A stretch of DNA of 36,121 nt from a virus (taxonomy: Duplodnaviria > Caudoviricetes), in IMG/VR virus record IMGVR_UViG_3300037755_000503, positions 1-36,121 of that record. One strand, 5' to 3'. The position numbers were made by a program, and so were the translations under genes. The notes beneath the pieces were generated by a model. That model saw nothing but the letters and a program-made list of their open reading frames with translations, searched no databases and was not told the DNA's origin. Positions 33,981 to 36,121 of this stretch are shown one piece after another; the stretch's first letter is position 1; every line of letters begins with the position of its first letter.

Positions 33981-34328
33981 ATGGCCCTACTCGCTGTCCA
34001 GGATCTCGACGCCGATGGCGTCATCGCCACGTTCGCCGCGGCGACCGTCACCGAGGGTGACACCGCCCCGATCGGCGAAGGCAACTTCTTCATCGTCCGC
34101 AACGGGTCCGGTGGGAACGTCACCGCCACCTACCGGATCCCGGTCGCGGTCGGCGGGGTCCGGGTGCACGCCATCGTGATCGCGGCGGCCGGGGTCCACG
34201 TCATGCCGCTCGCCGAGCTCGGCGCCCTTCCCCAGGGTGCCGTCGTCCGGGACAACACGACCACGCTCGCCAAGGTCACGATGTCGGCGGTCACGTCGGT
34301 CACCCTCGGCGCGTTCAAGGCGCACTGA
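33981..34328 (+). CDS. Beta-rich virion protein (115 aa), paralogue of 25109-25447
   Basis: Position in head module; shared motifs. Confidence 0.7.
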   Translation: MALLAVQDLDADGVIATFAAATVTEGDTAPIGEGNFFIVRNGSGGNVTATYRIPVAVGGVRVHAIVIAAAGVHVMPLAELGALPQGAVVRDNTTTLAKVTMSAVTSVTLGAFKAH

Positions 34329-34335
34329 GGATCGC

Positions 34336-34737
34336 ATGGCCGGGCTCATCACCATCGACGACCTCGTAGCAGAGGGTGTCGACGTCGACCCCGGTCACGC
34401 GGCCGCGCTCATCAAGCGGGCATCCTCGGTCATCCGTCTCGCCGCCCGCGGTGCGCTCGATCTCGTCGACTCGCCGGATGCGCCGGATTACATCGAGTCC
34501 CTTGCGGTGACGCTGGTGCGGCGCGGGTCGGCGAACCCGATGGGGCATCAGTCCGAGACGCTCGGCGACTACTCCTACTCGGCGGGTACGTCGTTCGTCG
34601 CGACGATGGAGCTGACGGCCCGGGAGAAGCGCAACGTGCGCCAGGCGGTCGGGGTGCTCGGCGCCGGGTCGCTCGCCATGACGTCGGATCTGCCGATGCA
34701 GCCCTCGGAGCCGGCGGCCAGCGGGGACCTGTTGTGA
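34336..34737 (+). CDS. Head-to-tail adaptor (133 aa)
   Basis: LITIDDL...NP.G..SETLGDYSYS...LT..E. Confidence 0.85.
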   Translation: MAGLITIDDLVAEGVDVDPGHAAALIKRASSVIRLAARGALDLVDSPDAPDYIESLAVTLVRRGSANPMGHQSETLGDYSYSAGTSFVATMELTAREKRNVRQAVGVLGAGSLAMTSDLPMQPSEPAASGDLL

Positions 34738-35090
34738 TCGGGCATCTGATGACGCACCGGGCGACGGTGCACCGCCCGTCGACGGTGACGGACGAGGTCG
34801 GCGGCCAGACCGTCACGTACGCCGTCGTCGCCTCGGGGGTGCGGGTGAAGGTGGGTCAGCCGTCGGCGGAGGAACGGTTGCAGGGCGACCAGTGGGGTGC
34901 CCGGCTCACCCACGTCGGCCACACGTTCGTCACCGCGAACATCGGCCGAGGCGACGAGCTCGTCGTCACCCCGGCGCTGCCCGATGTCCCGGCCCGTGGC
35001 CGGCTCCGCGTGCTCGCCGTGTCCACCGACAGCCACGGCACCTACCGGCGGCTCGAGCTGGAGGCGTACCAGCCTGAGGGTGGTGCGTGA
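34734..35090 (+). CDS. Head-to-tail stopper / head closure (118 aa)
   Basis: TDEVGG...GDEL...LRVLAV; position. Confidence 0.8.
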   Translation: MIGHLMTHRATVHRPSTVTDEVGGQTVTYAVVASGVRVKVGQPSAEERLQGDQWGARLTHVGHTFVTANIGRGDELVVTPALPDVPARGRLRVLAVSTDSHGTYRRLELEAYQPEGGA

Positions 35091-35476
35091 TGGCCAAGTC
35101 GATCAAGGTGGTCGGGATCCCGAGGGCGCTCGGCCGGATCGACGCGCTGGCGCGCCATGAGTTGGCGGCGGTGGAGGAGGCGGTCGCGGAGGAGACGGCC
35201 GAGATCGCCCGGCAGATGCGCCGTGACGCCCCGGTCGGTGAGGCCCGTCAGGGTCATCGTGGGAAGCCTCCGTTGGCCGAGTCGATCGAGGAGGAGGTGT
35301 CCGGGCTGTCCGGTGTCGTGAAGGCCACGGCGAAGCACGCCTGGATCGTCGAGGACGGCACGTCGTCGCACAAGGCGCAGCCGTTCGCCCGCCCGGCCCG
35401 GGAACGTGCCCGACGGCGGTTCCCGAAGAGGATCACACGGAAGATCCTGAAGGCGAACCAGGGGGTGGCGACGTGA
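35087..35476 (+). CDS. HK97 gp10-like neck protein (129 aa)
   Basis: APV...L..SI...VEDGT....AQPF.RPA. Confidence 0.85.
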   Translation: MMAKSIKVVGIPRALGRIDALARHELAAVEEAVAEETAEIARQMRRDAPVGEARQGHRGKPPLAESIEEEVSGLSGVVKATAKHAWIVEDGTSSHKAQPFARPARERARRRFPKRITRKILKANQGVAT

Positions 35477-35895
35477 CCGAGGTCGACCCGTCCGAGGCGC
35501 TCCAGGTCGGTCTGTACGCGCTCCTCACCGCCGACGCCCCGCTGATGGCCCTGGCCGCCGTGTTCGACGAGCCACCGGAGAACCACCCCGGTGACTACGT
35601 CATCCTCGGGCCCCGCAAGTCGAGCGTCCCCGATGACGTGCACGGCGGCTCCGGCCGCCAGACCGTGATCACCACCGACACCTGGACCCGGGCCCGCTCG
35701 TCCATCCCCGGGGACCGGATCGGCGCACGGCTCGTCGCGCTCATCGCCCACCAGCACGCCGCCATCGACGCGCTCGTCGTCGGCCACAAGGTGTGGAAGG
35801 CCCGGTGGGAGTCGTCGCAGTCGGTCGACGACCCGGAGCGGGCGCTGCGGCGCCGTACCGACCAGTTCCGCATCCACACAGCACAGGAGGCCTGA
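35473..35895 (+). CDS. Tail terminator (DUF3168-like, 140 aa)
   Basis: LQ..LY..L..D..L....VFD.PP....YV.LG. Confidence 0.85.
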   Translation: MTEVDPSEALQVGLYALLTADAPLMALAAVFDEPPENHPGDYVILGPRKSSVPDDVHGGSGRQTVITTDTWTRARSSIPGDRIGARLVALIAHQHAAIDALVVGHKVWKARWESSQSVDDPERALRRRTDQFRIHTAQEA

Positions 35896-35898
35896 CCC

Positions 35899-36121
35899 AT
35901 GGCAGGAATTGACGCATTCGGTACGACCCTGGAGATCGACGTGGGTGACGACGCGTTCGCCACCGCGCTCGACGCGCTCGAGCTGGTGTCGGTCGACATC
36001 TTCGACGTGTCCGTCGACGACTACGACGTGACCACGCACTCGTCGCCGGGCCAGTGGCGCGAGTTCATCGGCGGCCTGAAGGACGGCGGCACGCTGACGG
36101 GGACGGTCCGGTACGACCCCG
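35899..36121 (+). CDS. Major tail protein, 5' part (continues to 318)
   Basis: AGGAGG RBS; MAGIDAFGTTL start; in frame with position 1. Confidence 0.9.
   Translation, partial: MAGIDAFGTTLEIDVGDDAFATALDALELVSVDIFDVSVDDYDVTTHSSPGQWREFIGGLKDGGTLTGTVRYDP
35995..36121. repeat. Terminal direct repeat identical to 1-127
   Basis: Exact match. Confidence 0.97.

Noticed and set aside
35995-36121. 127-bp terminal repeat as a biological terminal repeat
   Set aside because: It falls mid-gene and 127 is a common assembler k-mer; best read as circular overlap
1-36121. CRISPR array, tRNA, reverse transcriptase/DGR, integrase
   Set aside because: No repeat-spacer array, cloverleaf, RT motif or recombinase catalytic pattern seen by eye; a covariance/HMM search would be needed to exclude them fully

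Overview
This window is an apparently complete, circularly assembled siphovirus-type phage genome of 35,994 bp. Bases 1-127 recur exactly at 35995-36121, and the join falls inside the major tail protein gene. High GC, leaderless promoters and an Lsr2-like domain suggest an actinobacterial host. Gene order from the probable genome end (~26.1 kb): PadR-like wHTH, terminase small and large, two inserted small genes, portal, MuF-like head protein with an intein, scaffold, capsid, head-tail connectors, major tail, frameshifting tail chaperones, tape measure, minor tail proteins, lysis cassette, four leftward genes, a divergent promoter, then a long rightward early region (Cro-like HTH, MerR HTH, YqaJ/RecT, Arr-like ADP-ribosyltransferase, DNA methyltransferase, HNH, replication initiator with iterons) and a terminal HNH. 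No integrase, CI repressor, ParA, polymerase or helicase is recognisable. The most striking element is a 326-aa intein in the MuF-like gene with no in-frame endonuclease; an HTH + DUF559/Vsr-like endonuclease is instead encoded on the opposite strand, codon-aligned and wholly inside the intein. Other candidates: an Arr-fold ADP-ribosyltransferase, a divergent Acb2/Tad1-like protein after the capsid gene, cryptic 37-bp palindromic sites inside coding sequence, and a direct-repeat-flanked two-gene cassette. All family calls are from motif recognition by eye, not database searches.
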